A stretch of 48,538 bases of DNA, taken from positions 1-48,538 of the forward strand of contig CANQAT010000002.1 in the NCBI GenBank assembly GCA_947588925.1, read 5' to 3'. Shown here piece after piece: positions 9,505-18,958 of this stretch. Under the pieces are notes generated by a model, which saw only the letters and a program-made list of their open reading frames with translations, did no database searches and was not told where the DNA came from. Position numbers and translations under genes: made by a program. The stretch is from an uncultured Bacilli bacterium. GTDB taxonomy: Bacteria; Bacillota_I; Bacilli_A; RF39; UBA660. Every line of letters starts with the position of its first letter. Within the stretch, counting starts at the first letter, position 1.

Positions 9505-11232
9505 TTAACTTCTTGTTGGGGATATAATTACACGGAAGGAAAGACCATAATCACTATCTCCAGATATACTATTTGAAACATTAAAAATACCTTGGGCTGC
9601 AATCTCAATAAAACTGGAAGCATAACCGCCTCTCACTAACCATGTATGTTCATATTCTTCACCCGGTCCAACACAAAATACTTCATCAGAATACCACCCT
9701 TTTGTTTCCCATAGGGCATGTCCTTTATATGAATTACTCATCATTTTACTATTATAAAGATCATAATACTTAGAATCTGGCAACTCTATTCCATCCGTAT
9801 ATTCAGTTCCATCAACTAAAGGTCCATTAAATCCAGTGTTGTCATGATTATTATCTACGCCAGAATAAAAATTCCCATTAGTATCGCCTACAAATCCCAT
9901 TACATATTCTCCTTTTCCACCATTCATATCATATATTCCATATACATTTCCTGTCGTTGAAGCAGCTTGTCCTCCTATAGTTTCATATGAATACCCATGA
10001 TCAGGGTTGTCAGAGATATCCCATGGAATTCCTCCAGCTCTACCAGTAATGCCCATGCCATTGCTTACTACTTCATTAGATGAACTATCATAATTAGGAT
10101 TACCGTATTTACCATATTTAGATTGCGTTAAATACGCAGCGACTCCCCATTCACTATTTTTAGCGGCATGACTATCACCAAAGTTACTTAAATAACTATT
10201 ATATTGTCTTGATACTGTAAACATTTGGGCTAATGTATAAACATTCCCATTTGTCCCACTTTGAATATTTGGAATGATATAAATACTATCATCGTCAGAA
10301 TCATAATCTAAAATACCCGTCTCAAACTTTCCTACCCATATTCCAGAAAGTTCTTCTTCTCCAAATGTAAATGCTGGAGGAGTATACCAATTACTAGGAT
10401 TATCACTTGTATAAGTAGCTACCCCGTTTTCCTTGATACTACTAGATACAAATTTTATATCTATCGCTTGTGGATTCATGTAACAATCATATTGTTGTGG
10501 TGGATACGTATAACTACTTTCACAAGTGCTTCTCTCACCTTTTGCTTTACTACTTATTGTATATGAATATCTTGGTATCCATACAAACATTGCAATAACA
10601 TCTGAGGTTGTATCATATACAGAACCATATTCATCTAACGTTGGAAGTTTTAGTGTAGTACCTACTTCAGTACTTACTCCCTCTTTTAGTATTACTGCAT
10701 TAGCCCATTCCTGTTTTTCATAATCATACCACTTTTTTTCAGGATCTGCTATTTCCCAATGATCTTTTATATATTTAACTGGTACAAGTGCGCCATTCAT
10801 CAAATCTGGTCTATTTGCTCCACTTGAATCCTTATATGTTAACTTTTCTAATCCCCATTCACATCCTTTTATATCATCAACTCCAACTTCTATTTTAACA
10901 CTTTTACCATTAGAAGATGAAAGTTTTATTTTTAAACTATCTGATATTTTTTTATTGGAATTAGGATCTATTATATCTTCACTAAGTAAACCGTATTCTT
11001 TTAAATCATTTAATGTTATGTATTTGCACTCATTTTTCTCTGGTATTTTACTTAAATTATCTACTACCCATGCTTCCGCTGCTGATTTAATAAGCGTAAC
11101 TTGAGCAGAACTCAAATCCTCTTTTGAATCTTTCAATAGTTTAACAATTGAAACTCCAGTAACAAGAGCAAGTAGTGAAAGTATTACTATTACGGCTATT
11201 AATTCTACTAACGTAAATCCTTTATTTTTCAT
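9505..11232 (-). CDS. prepilin-type N-terminal domain protein with large C-terminal FGE/SUMF1-like module
   Basis: Start taken at ATG 11232 (GGAGGACAGT upstream). N-terminus MKNKG|FTLVELIAVIVILSLLALV has the class III signal with G-1/F+1/E+5. The C-terminal part carries GNVYGIYDMNGGKGEYV, WLVRGGYAS and YGLSFRVI, resembling the NxYGLYDMxGNVWEW / RGGSW / GFR signature of the FGE-sulfatase fold (recognised by eye only). Confidence 0.75.
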   Translation of the reverse strand: MKNKGFTLVELIAVIVILSLLALVTGVSIVKLLKDSKEDLSSAQVTLIKSAAEAWVVDNLSKIPEKNECKYITLNDLKEYGLLSEDIIDPNSNKKISDSLKIKLSSSNGKSVKIEVGVDDIKGCEWGLEKLTYKDSSGANRPDLMNGALVPVKYIKDHWEIADPEKKWYDYEKQEWANAVILKEGVSTEVGTTLKLPTLDEYGSVYDTTSDVIAMFVWIPRYSYTISSKAKGERSTCESSYTYPPQQYDCYMNPQAIDIKFVSSSIKENGVATYTSDNPSNWYTPPAFTFGEEELSGIWVGKFETGILDYDSDDDSIYIIPNIQSGTNGNVYTLAQMFTVSRQYNSYLSNFGDSHAAKNSEWGVAAYLTQSKYGKYGNPNYDSSSNEVVSNGMGITGRAGGIPWDISDNPDHGYSYETIGGQAASTTGNVYGIYDMNGGKGEYVMGFVGDTNGNFYSGVDNNHDNTGFNGPLVDGTEYTDGIELPDSKYYDLYNSKMMSNSYKGHALWETKGWYSDEVFCVGPGEEYEHTWLVRGGYASSFIEIAAQGIFNVSNSISGDSDYGLSFRVIISPTRS

Positions 11233-11253
11233 ACTGTCCTCCATATAATATAA

Positions 11254-13353
11254 TTATTTTTCTAAAAATTTTTTTAATACTCTAGATAGTTCTAACTTAT
11301 CAATTGGTTTTGATATATAATCTGAATAACCACTATCTATATATTTTTCTTTTTGTCCTAGCATAGCGTCTGCGGTAAGTACAACTACTGGAGTATTGAA
11401 GTTATCTATTTCTTTTAACTTATTTAATGTATCCAAGCCCGATAGTCCCGGCATCATCTGATCCATAAATATTAAATCAAAGCTATTATTTTCTTTAACT
11501 AAATCTATACACTCTTCTCCAGTTTCAAGTAAAGTTACATCGAGATCATATGCTTCTAGTAATCTTTTTGTGACTTTTAAATTTAATTTATTGTCATCTA
11601 CTACTAAAACTCTTTTGCCTTTTAAACTAAATTCTAAAGCTTTCTTATTATTACTTATAAGTTCTCTTACTTTATTATCTTCAACTATTCTTTGCATAAA
11701 GCTCATTGTAACTTTAGTATACTTTCCAACTTTACTTTCTATTTCTAGCTTACCATCTAGTAAATTTATTAAGTTTTTGACATTTCCTATACCTTTTGAG
11801 GTATCACTATCCATAATAGTTTTAAGCTTTTCTTCTTCAATTCCTACACCAGTATCTGATACCTCTACTATAAGTTTAACATTATCATTTATTTTTTCTC
11901 CTCTAACATTAACTGTAATTTCTCCTTCGTTTGTATACTTTATAGAATTGTTTACAATTTCATTTATTGCTTTAGTAATTCTAATATAATCCCCATAAAG
12001 TATTACAGGTAGATTACTATCTAAATTGATATTGAATTTTAATTTTTTCTCTCCTATATATTCTTTAGCGTTACTTTCTATTTTTTTAAACATTTTAAGT
12101 AAGCTATAATTTTTCTCTTCTTTTTCAATTAGTTTTTTCTCTATTTTAGATGTATCTAAAAGTCCATCAATTATATCTATAACATCGTTAGAAGAATCGT
12201 TTATATTTTTTATGTCTTCTTTAATATCTTCTGGTAGTTTTTTACTTAAAAGTGTGTCACTTAATCCAACAATATTTGTTAGGGGTGTTCTAATATCGTG
12301 TGATATTGTTGAAATAAGTTCAGTTTTTGATTTACTACTTAGTCTTGCGTCATTAAGTGCATTTTGTAACATTACGTTTTGTTCTCTAATACTTTCTAAA
12401 CTTTCCGTTACATTTTTAGATAGTATTGATACTGTGTTTTTTCCTCTATCTATTATAAAAAATATTGTACTTTCAAGCCATGTGTTATTTTTAACTTCAT
12501 TGCCTATTCTATATCTTATAACCACACTATCTAATTCGTATTTAATAAAGTGATTTTTAAGAGTATCTATATTTAGATTATCATAAACTAGTTTTCTATC
12601 ATTTTCATTGATACATTCTAGCATTTCATCTAATCCTTCTTTATAGTTTCCTCTTTTTTCTTCTTTGAAATATAAATTATCTTTTTTAAAATATTTTAAT
12701 TCATAAGTGTTTAAATTTATATTTATATTTATTTCAAAATCATATGATTTAGATGTAATTTGATTTAATATACTCTCTCTTGATTTTATGTCTGTTGCTT
12801 GAGTGATTAGGATGTGCTGCCTATCATGCTCCTTCGTTGAATCAATTATTTGTATTATGTAATATTCTTCTTTATCAACATATTTAGATAATTTTATTCT
12901 AATCCACATCTGATAGTTATACTTAGGATTATCGTATTCTATCATTTGACTTGTATACTCATCTTTATCTAAATTTTTTAATTCGTTTTTTATAACAGGT
13001 ATATTTATTATTTTATAAAAAGTATCTGATATAGTATCACCTTTTATACCTAGTACTGTTTCTGTAGTGTTAGATAAATATACAACTTTCTTAGTCTTTG
13101 CATTTATCATTATATATACTGTATCATCACTATTAATAATTGAATTAAATAATTTATTTTCTAAAGTAAAATTTACATTTGCTCTTTTTAGGTATGAACG
13201 TAAAATCCATATACCAACTATAATTAGTAAAAGTAACATTGCTATATTTAATTCTACCATGTTTGTAAATGCGTCTGTTAAATATGATAAACCTGAATAA
13301 ACTAATAATAATATCAATGACATACTTAATATAATTTCTTTTCTACTATTCAT
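11254..13353 (-). CDS. hybrid sensor histidine kinase / response regulator
   Basis: Two N-terminal TM helices and PAS-like repeats. H-box ISHDIRTPLTNIVG, N-box EIVNNSIKYT, G-box SDTGVGI. C-terminal receiver: VLVVDDNKLN, IFMDQMMPG, SKPI. Confidence 0.88.
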   Translation of the reverse strand: MNSRKEIILSMSLILLLVYSGLSYLTDAFTNMVELNIAMLLLLIIVGIWILRSYLKRANVNFTLENKLFNSIINSDDTVYIMINAKTKKVVYLSNTTETVLGIKGDTISDTFYKIINIPVIKNELKNLDKDEYTSQMIEYDNPKYNYQMWIRIKLSKYVDKEEYYIIQIIDSTKEHDRQHILITQATDIKSRESILNQITSKSYDFEINININLNTYELKYFKKDNLYFKEEKRGNYKEGLDEMLECINENDRKLVYDNLNIDTLKNHFIKYELDSVVIRYRIGNEVKNNTWLESTIFFIIDRGKNTVSILSKNVTESLESIREQNVMLQNALNDARLSSKSKTELISTISHDIRTPLTNIVGLSDTLLSKKLPEDIKEDIKNINDSSNDVIDIIDGLLDTSKIEKKLIEKEEKNYSLLKMFKKIESNAKEYIGEKKLKFNINLDSNLPVILYGDYIRITKAINEIVNNSIKYTNEGEITVNVRGEKINDNVKLIVEVSDTGVGIEEEKLKTIMDSDTSKGIGNVKNLINLLDGKLEIESKVGKYTKVTMSFMQRIVEDNKVRELISNNKKALEFSLKGKRVLVVDDNKLNLKVTKRLLEAYDLDVTLLETGEECIDLVKENNSFDLIFMDQMMPGLSGLDTLNKLKEIDNFNTPVVVLTADAMLGQKEKYIDSGYSDYISKPIDKLELSRVLKKFLEK

Positions 13354-13392
13354 AAGTACCTCCAGTATTATAATTATAACATAATTTTAGTT

Positions 13393-13421
13393 AAATTAAA
13401 ACTATGATTACTCATAGTTTT
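13393..13421 (-). terminator. candidate intrinsic terminator after SASP gene 1
   Basis: 10-bp stem AAAACTATGA(13398-13407)/TCATAGTTTT(13412-13421) with a 4-nt loop. The minus-strand reading ends in a T-rich tract. Confidence 0.4.
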
Positions 13422-13426
13422 AAAAT

Positions 13427-13621
13427 TTATCTATTAAAATTTTCTACATTGTTATAATACTGTTTGCCAAGTTCTACTAATCTTTTAGTCATATATCCAC
13501 CAACAGTACCATTAAGTCTACTAGTTTGGTCTGCTCCAAGTTTAATACCAAGTTCACTAGCTATTTCATATTTTAAATTTTCTAAGGCTTTTTGTGATCC
13601 TTCAACAACTAACTTATTCAT
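13427..13621 (-). CDS. alpha/beta-type small acid-soluble spore protein
   Basis: 64 aa. [13 protein letters not shown]...TSRLNGTVGGYMTKRLVE is the canonical alpha/beta SASP signature. GAGGTGAG RBS. Confidence 0.9.
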   Translation of the reverse strand: MNKLVVEGSQKALENLKYEIASELGIKLGADQTSRLNGTVGGYMTKRLVELGKQYYNNVENFNR

Positions 13622-13791
13622 AATCTCACCTCATTATTATTATGAGCTATATATTTATAATTACTATTCATATTCTTTCCATTTAGGGAAATTTATACAA
13701 CTCTTTAATATAAGCGATAGAAAATTCTTCTACTAATATTAATCGTTTAAAAGTAAACAATATTAATGTAAGCTTCGATTTTCTTATTTTA

Positions 13792-13816
13792 AACAAAAAG
13801 ATAGCTTTAAGCTATC
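13792..13816 (-). terminator. intrinsic terminator after SASP gene 2
   Basis: Minus strand reads GGATAGCT-taa-AGCTATC followed by TTTTTGTTT. Confidence 0.55.
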
Positions 13817-13823
13817 CATTTTC

Positions 13824-14030
13824 TTACTTAGAATAAGTATTTCCACTTATATGTTGTTCACCCATTTGAACTAATCTTTTAGTGATTTCTCCTCCAACTG
13901 AACCATTAGCTCTTGAAGTAGCATCAGGACCTAAATTAACTCCTAATTCACTAGCTATTTCATATTTCATTTTATCGATAGCTTGTTTAGCACCAGGTAC
14001 AACAAAGTTACTTGTTGAATTGTTTTTCAT
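13824..14030 (-). CDS. alpha/beta-type small acid-soluble spore protein
   Basis: Start moved to ATG 14030 (GGAGGTGAAATT upstream). Contains [13 protein letters not shown]...[17 protein letters not shown]. Confidence 0.9.
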   Translation of the reverse strand: MKNNSTSNFVVPGAKQAIDKMKYEIASELGVNLGPDATSRANGSVGGEITKRLVQMGEQHISGNTYSK

Positions 14031-14051
14031 AATTTCACCTCCGTACATTTA

Positions 14052-14080
14052 TAATTTGTGTACAAAGGTGAATTTTATAC
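14052..14080 (-). promoter_or_regulatory. candidate forespore sigma-G/F-type promoter of SASP gene 2
   Basis: Minus strand reads GTATA, 17 nt spacer, CAAATTA. This matches the consensus GHATR-17/18-CAtxxTA and lies about 20 nt upstream of the RBS. Confidence 0.4.
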
Positions 14081-14105
14081 AAAATTTAATTGGTAAATTT
14101 TTCTA

Positions 14106-15275
14106 TTATAATAAATCACTATGTTCTTCACTTAAATCAGTTATTACTTCTATATTATCAAGTATTTCATCTATTAAAGTCTCATAATCAAATGAAGATT
14201 CGTATTTAATACATTTATTTATATCAGGATTAATTACTGGATGTGTTGGCAAAAAGATAGTACAACAATCCTCATATGGCAATATACTTGTATCATATGT
14301 TCCTATTTTTTTTGCTATATCGATTATTTCTAGCTTGTCCATACAAGCAACAGGTCTAATTACAGGATAATTGGTCACACTATTAATAGATATCATACTA
14401 GTTAGTGTCTGTGAGGCAACTTGACCTATTGATTCACCATTTATTATTGCTTTACATTTATTTTTCTTTGCAAGTCTTTCTGCAATTCTATACATCATGC
14501 GTCTCATAATAGTAATTATATAACTATCAGGTACATTTTTATAAATTGCTTCTTGTAATTTAGTAAATGGAACTATATTTACTTTTATACCTCCTGAATA
14601 TTTATTAATAATCTTAGCAAGAGCTATAACCTTGTTTTTAGCTTCTATGCTAGTATGTGGAGGTGATTCAAAATATAGACACTCTAAATCTACTCCTCTT
14701 TTTAGTGACAAATATCCAGCTACTGGTGAGTCTATCCCACCACTTAACATAAGCATTCCTTTGCCTTGTATTCCAACAGGATATCCACCTAAGCCTTTTA
14801 TAACGTTAGTATATATATAAGTTCCTTCTCTTCGTATTTCAATAGTTACTAATATATCAGGATTATGTACATCTACTTTAGTATCTAAATTTTTAAGGAT
14901 ATAGCCTCCTATTATATTATTAACTTCCATACTTAGAATTTCAAATGATTTATCTGCTCTTTTTGTACATATTTTAAAAGTATTAAACTTCTCATTTTTT
15001 AAAAGCTCTAAAACTTTTAATTTTATATCTTCTATATTAGTATTAACCTTATGACATATTACTATTCCATGTATTCCAAAAACATTTTTAAGTTTTGAAG
15101 ATACACTATTTACATTCTCACACTCTATATACATTCTTACTCTATCGAATTTTATATTAAATTCTTCACCTTTTAAGACTTCTTTTATATTGTTTGCAAG
15201 TAATTTAGTAAATGTATTTCTATTTGCTTTTTTTGTTGTAAGTTCTCCATATTTGATCAAAATTAAATTTTCCAT
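14106..15275 (-). CDS. thiI: tRNA 4-thiouridine(8) synthase ThiI
   Basis: 389 aa with an N-terminal ferredoxin-like/THUMP region and PP-loop SGGIDSPVA. Confidence 0.9.
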   Translation of the reverse strand: MENLILIKYGELTTKKANRNTFTKLLANNIKEVLKGEEFNIKFDRVRMYIECENVNSVSSKLKNVFGIHGIVICHKVNTNIEDIKLKVLELLKNEKFNTFKICTKRADKSFEILSMEVNNIIGGYILKNLDTKVDVHNPDILVTIEIRREGTYIYTNVIKGLGGYPVGIQGKGMLMLSGGIDSPVAGYLSLKRGVDLECLYFESPPHTSIEAKNKVIALAKIINKYSGGIKVNIVPFTKLQEAIYKNVPDSYIITIMRRMMYRIAERLAKKNKCKAIINGESIGQVASQTLTSMISINSVTNYPVIRPVACMDKLEIIDIAKKIGTYDTSILPYEDCCTIFLPTHPVINPDINKCIKYESSFDYETLIDEILDNIEVITDLSEEHSDLL

Positions 15276-15327
15276 GAAACCACCTAGAACATTATAACTT
15301 AAATATTTAAAAATGTAAATGGAATAA

Positions 15328-16077
15328 TTAACTTACTTTTGATGTAATACTTGGAGTATTTAAGTATCCATCAAAGTAGTAACTCGGAATATTTCCTTCA
15401 ATAATCTTTATTACTACTGGTATATCTGTTTGAATTTTTGTACTAGAAGATACAAATGGCAAAAGTATTTTTACTTCTGCTTCTATTCCAATACTAACAG
15501 TAATTAAAGCATTATTTATTCCGTAAGATTCAACTGAAGTATTAAGTCTACAAAAGATATTCCCAATTAGATTCATTTTTACTGGTATTTTAGGCATTAT
15601 ATTGTTTAATAAAACATTATTTAAAATAATCCCACTAGGTATTTCATATATAATACCTTTCTTTAACTTTTCTTTATCATAAGAAGAAAATATATTACTA
15701 TCTAAATTAAGCTTTTCTATCTTTCCATCTTCTAAATATTTTAAATTTTGCTCTACCATTTTAGAGGCTTCTATTAAAATACTATTTACTTTACTAGAGT
15801 TAATATCTATACTTTTTATATCACCTTTAGAATCTTTTATAGTTGTAAATAAATCATCTATATCTGTTTTATTTGAAACAGAAGATATAACAGTACTATT
15901 TATTATAGATGATACAATCCTTTTTGTTTCTATTTGTGAATAACTAAGTAATTGTGGGACTGCTTTATCATTAAAGACTTTTAAAACATATGAAACTGAA
16001 ATAGCTAATAATATTAAAAGTATTAATATCTTATTTATTATAGATTTCTTTTTACGTTTTTTTAAATGCATTCTCAT
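15328..16077 (-). CDS. yunB: sporulation protein YunB-like
   Basis: Basic N-terminus MRMHLKKRKKK, one TM helix, then a YunB-like soluble domain. The track ORF begins at a TTG (16173) inside hydrophobic read-through, so I prefer ATG 16077 (or 16071). No clear RBS, so the start is uncertain. Confidence 0.6.
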   Translation of the reverse strand: MRMHLKKRKKKSIINKILILLILLAISVSYVLKVFNDKAVPQLLSYSQIETKRIVSSIINSTVISSVSNKTDIDDLFTTIKDSKGDIKSIDINSSKVNSILIEASKMVEQNLKYLEDGKIEKLNLDSNIFSSYDKEKLKKGIIYEIPSGIILNNVLLNNIMPKIPVKMNLIGNIFCRLNTSVESYGINNALITVSIGIEAEVKILLPFVSSSTKIQTDIPVVIKIIEGNIPSYYFDGYLNTPSITSKVS

Positions 16078-16132
16078 ACTAAATAATATGTATAAATTAA
16101 TTATTTTAGGAAAGAATATGAGTGGTGATACT

Positions 16133-16582
16133 ATGATTAATGAAATTATGAGCAGGGATATTATATATGGCAATATAAATGATTCTATTAAGGATATATC
16201 AAAACTTATGAAAGAAAAAAATATAGGTTTTATTCCTATAAAAGATAAGGATAAATTTGTTGGAGTTATAACAGATAGAGATATTTGCCTTGCAGTTGTA
16301 GATATTAAAAGTATTGATGATAAAGTTAAACCATATATTACAAGTAATATTGAGGCAGTAGATATAAGCGCAAATATAGATGAGGCATTAAAAATTATGA
16401 GTAATAAAAAGATTAAAAGATTACTTGTAAAAGAAAAAGATAGTATTGTTGGAATATTATCTTTATCTGATATTTTAGAATTTACAAATAATCCTAATAT
16501 TTTAAGTACATATAAATCAATTTTTTATATAGGTGATAACACATCTAGTCTTGAAAGTGAAATAGATGAATTTTATCTATAA
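16133..16582 (+). CDS. CBS-domain pair protein
   Basis: Two CBS repeats (MSRDIIYG...IGFIPI; IEAVDIS...IKRLLVKE...GILSLSDIL). Start ambiguous among ATGs at 16088, 16118 and 16133; 16133 follows GGTGA and gives a typical MxxxIM N-terminus. Confidence 0.78.
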   Translation: MINEIMSRDIIYGNINDSIKDISKLMKEKNIGFIPIKDKDKFVGVITDRDICLAVVDIKSIDDKVKPYITSNIEAVDISANIDEALKIMSNKKIKRLLVKEKDSIVGILSLSDILEFTNNPNILSTYKSIFYIGDNTSSLESEIDEFYL

Positions 16583-16583
16583 T

Positions 16584-18242
16584 TTATGAAACAGGTTTAA
16601 TATCTCCATCTAAGCCTGTCATTTTTATTAATCCTGATTCTTTAGTTTCAGGTATATAATAATACTCAAGACCATGTCCTAAAGTTCCATATGGAACGCT
16701 ATTATCTTCAAATAGCAAATATATAACCCCGTCGTACCAACCTGAGATACTAGACTGGAATATATAACGGTCCTTATCCCAATTTAAATCAAGTGTTGCA
16801 AGGTGTACATCATTAATATCTACAATATTTAAAATATTGTTATCTATAACTGCTATAAAGTCTGAATAAAGAGCAAGTATTAAATCATAAGCCTTACTTG
16901 ATGTTTTTAATTTTAATTTAGAGTCATATACTTGATAAGTATTATCATTAGCTACTATTAACAATCCATCATCAACGCATATCTTTGAATATTCATTTCC
17001 ATCAAATAATAGTTTTCCATTACTATTATAAAGCATAAATTTATCACTATATTCATCGTAAACAGTCATATATACTATACTGTTTTTTTCATCTTCTATA
17101 AAAGAACTTAAGTTTCCTGTTATCGCATAACTTATATTTCCTGTTTTTAAATTCATGAAGTTATATGTTCCATCTTCCTCAAGTACTGCATAATTATATT
17201 TATACATTGTAGATGGTGAAAAGTTCATCTCATCTATTAGTAATTGACCACGTACATTTTTAAATGTCTTGCCTGTTAATATATTATAAATATTGTATTG
17301 ATCATTTTCTTTATAAAATACTCCATATAATGTATTATTGTTTACTAGCAAGTCTGTTGCATACGAGTAATCATCATACATATCAAATGGTCCAAATTCT
17401 ATAGAATTGTTTTCATAGTTATATAAGTTATACTTGTTATCTTCTTTTATTAAAACATACTTATCATATGCATTTATATATTTACAATCAGTTGTTTTAC
17501 AAGTTATAGTTGCTACTTCTTTAGCTCCATTATTTCTTCTATCAGTATATGAGTAAAAATTATTATCATAATCTAATCTATAGATAGTTATCTCTCTACC
17601 CTCTTTTTCTTCTTCTTTTAAATTTCCATATGTATAAGTAACATTTACATCATTAACCTTACAAGAAGCTAAATATATAGTTCCATCACTATATATATTG
17701 TGAGTATCACACGATATATCATAATCAGTATAAGGTACTAATTCAATTAATTTTTGCCATGTTAAGATATCATTATTCTCTATTACATAACTTTTAGATT
17801 TCTCTTCAATTAAAGTTCCATATTCGTTTATTATTTTTTGATAATCTAAAATTTCTGGCTCAACTTTAGTATTTTCCTTTTCTTTTGGTTTATTTAATAA
17901 TATTAGTATAAATGAAAGTACTAGTGCTAAGGCTACTATTGCAAGTACTATTATAATGATTATTTTTTTATTATCTTTTCTTTTGTGTCTAGCCTCTTTT
18001 AAAGAAACATTTACATCATCTTCTATAGTGTTTAAATCATCTACAACCTTAGTATCATCTAAGTTAGATAATGTCTCTAATTCTTTAGTATCTTCTAAAT
18101 CATTTAACTTTTCTTGTTCTGTTATTAATTCTTCTAACTGTTCAACATCTCTTTTAGAAGAGCTTTCTTGTAATAATTTTTTGCAATCATCACAAAATAC
18201 TTCATCTTCATTTATCTCTTTACCGCAGCCTTTACACTTCAT
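16584..18242 (-). CDS. zinc-ribbon / TM / beta-propeller-like repeat protein
   Basis: N-terminal CxxC...CxxC (MKCKGCGKEINEDEVFCDDCKK), an acidic linker and one TM helix (IIIIVLAIVALALVLSFILILL). The extracytoplasmic Y/N-rich repeats resemble WG/KWG-type beta-repeats. AGGAGG RBS. Confidence 0.7.
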   Translation of the reverse strand: MKCKGCGKEINEDEVFCDDCKKLLQESSSKRDVEQLEELITEQEKLNDLEDTKELETLSNLDDTKVVDDLNTIEDDVNVSLKEARHKRKDNKKIIIIIVLAIVALALVLSFILILLNKPKEKENTKVEPEILDYQKIINEYGTLIEEKSKSYVIENNDILTWQKLIELVPYTDYDISCDTHNIYSDGTIYLASCKVNDVNVTYTYGNLKEEEKEGREITIYRLDYDNNFYSYTDRRNNGAKEVATITCKTTDCKYINAYDKYVLIKEDNKYNLYNYENNSIEFGPFDMYDDYSYATDLLVNNNTLYGVFYKENDQYNIYNILTGKTFKNVRGQLLIDEMNFSPSTMYKYNYAVLEEDGTYNFMNLKTGNISYAITGNLSSFIEDEKNSIVYMTVYDEYSDKFMLYNSNGKLLFDGNEYSKICVDDGLLIVANDNTYQVYDSKLKLKTSSKAYDLILALYSDFIAVIDNNILNIVDINDVHLATLDLNWDKDRYIFQSSISGWYDGVIYLLFEDNSVPYGTLGHGLEYYYIPETKESGLIKMTGLDGDIKPVS

Positions 18243-18897
18243 ATTGACCTCCTATTTCAACCACTTTTGTATTTGATAATAAATCATGTATTCCTCTATG
18301 ATTTTTATCAAATAAAATTGTAAATATTATACTTAACTCAACTACATAATTAATTATAGAAATTATATTTGAATAAGTAATATAATTACTTTTTGATAAA
18401 GAAAGAATAAATATAATACTTACCATACTTAAAAATACACTATTTAATATCAAACTTCTAATGAAAAAATTAAGTATTGTTAAATTTTTTCCATTATTTG
18501 ATACAACTTTTAGTTTCATGAGCTTCTTACCGAGCGTGATCCCTCCAAAGTAAAACTGCATTACAACAAAATATAATAATATACAAAGGATATTTATAAA
18601 ACTTGGTATTAAAGATAATTTTGATAATTCGTAACTATAATCTATATTTTTTTTATTAAAGTCATTCTCTAAAGCTTCTAGTTTTTGATTTTTTTCTTCA
18701 TCTGTTAAATTTTCTTTATCTATATTTTCTATTGAAGAGATATAATCATCATAAAAGTTTTCATACTCGTCATACTTTTTTGTATATTTATTATAATCTT
18801 TATTTATATACGAATTTGAAGTAATTAGTGTTGAGATGAGCGTTACTAAAATTATGTCAATTAAATACGCTGCAATTCTTTTTAAAATTATTTTCAT
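18232..18897 (-). CDS. RDD-family membrane protein
   Basis: N-terminal KRIAAYLIDIIL and C-terminal RGIHDLLSNTKVV bracket TM helices, the RDD pattern. It overlaps the downstream zinc-ribbon gene by 11 nt. Confidence 0.72.
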   Translation of the reverse strand: MKIILKRIAAYLIDIILVTLISTLITSNSYINKDYNKYTKKYDEYENFYDDYISSIENIDKENLTDEEKNQKLEALENDFNKKNIDYSYELSKLSLIPSFINILCILLYFVVMQFYFGGITLGKKLMKLKVVSNNGKNLTILNFFIRSLILNSVFLSMVSIIFILSLSKSNYITYSNIISIINYVVELSIIFTILFDKNHRGIHDLLSNTKVVEIGGQYEV

Positions 18898-18958
18898 AAA
18901 TCCACCTATTCTATTTTCTATTAATATTGTAGCACATATTCTCTTAAAAATATATATT

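Noticed and set aside
11570-13300. Plus-strand ORFs 11570-11989, 12212-12553 and 13067-13300 inside the histidine kinase gene
   Set aside because: They are antisense shadows of a gene with complete HK and receiver motifs, and carry no independent signals.
13640-13690. Sigma-G promoter for the first SASP gene (GAATA ... CATAATA)
   Set aside because: The spacing between the best -35-like GAATA and CATAATA is 20 nt by my count, outside the 17-18 nt norm. It is left unannotated.
16078-16173. TTG-initiated N-terminal extension of yunB overlapping the CBS gene start
   Set aside because: It uses a non-ATG start without an RBS and a hydrophobic read-through of the divergent promoter region. YunB-like proteins begin with a basic segment such as MRMHLKKRKKK.
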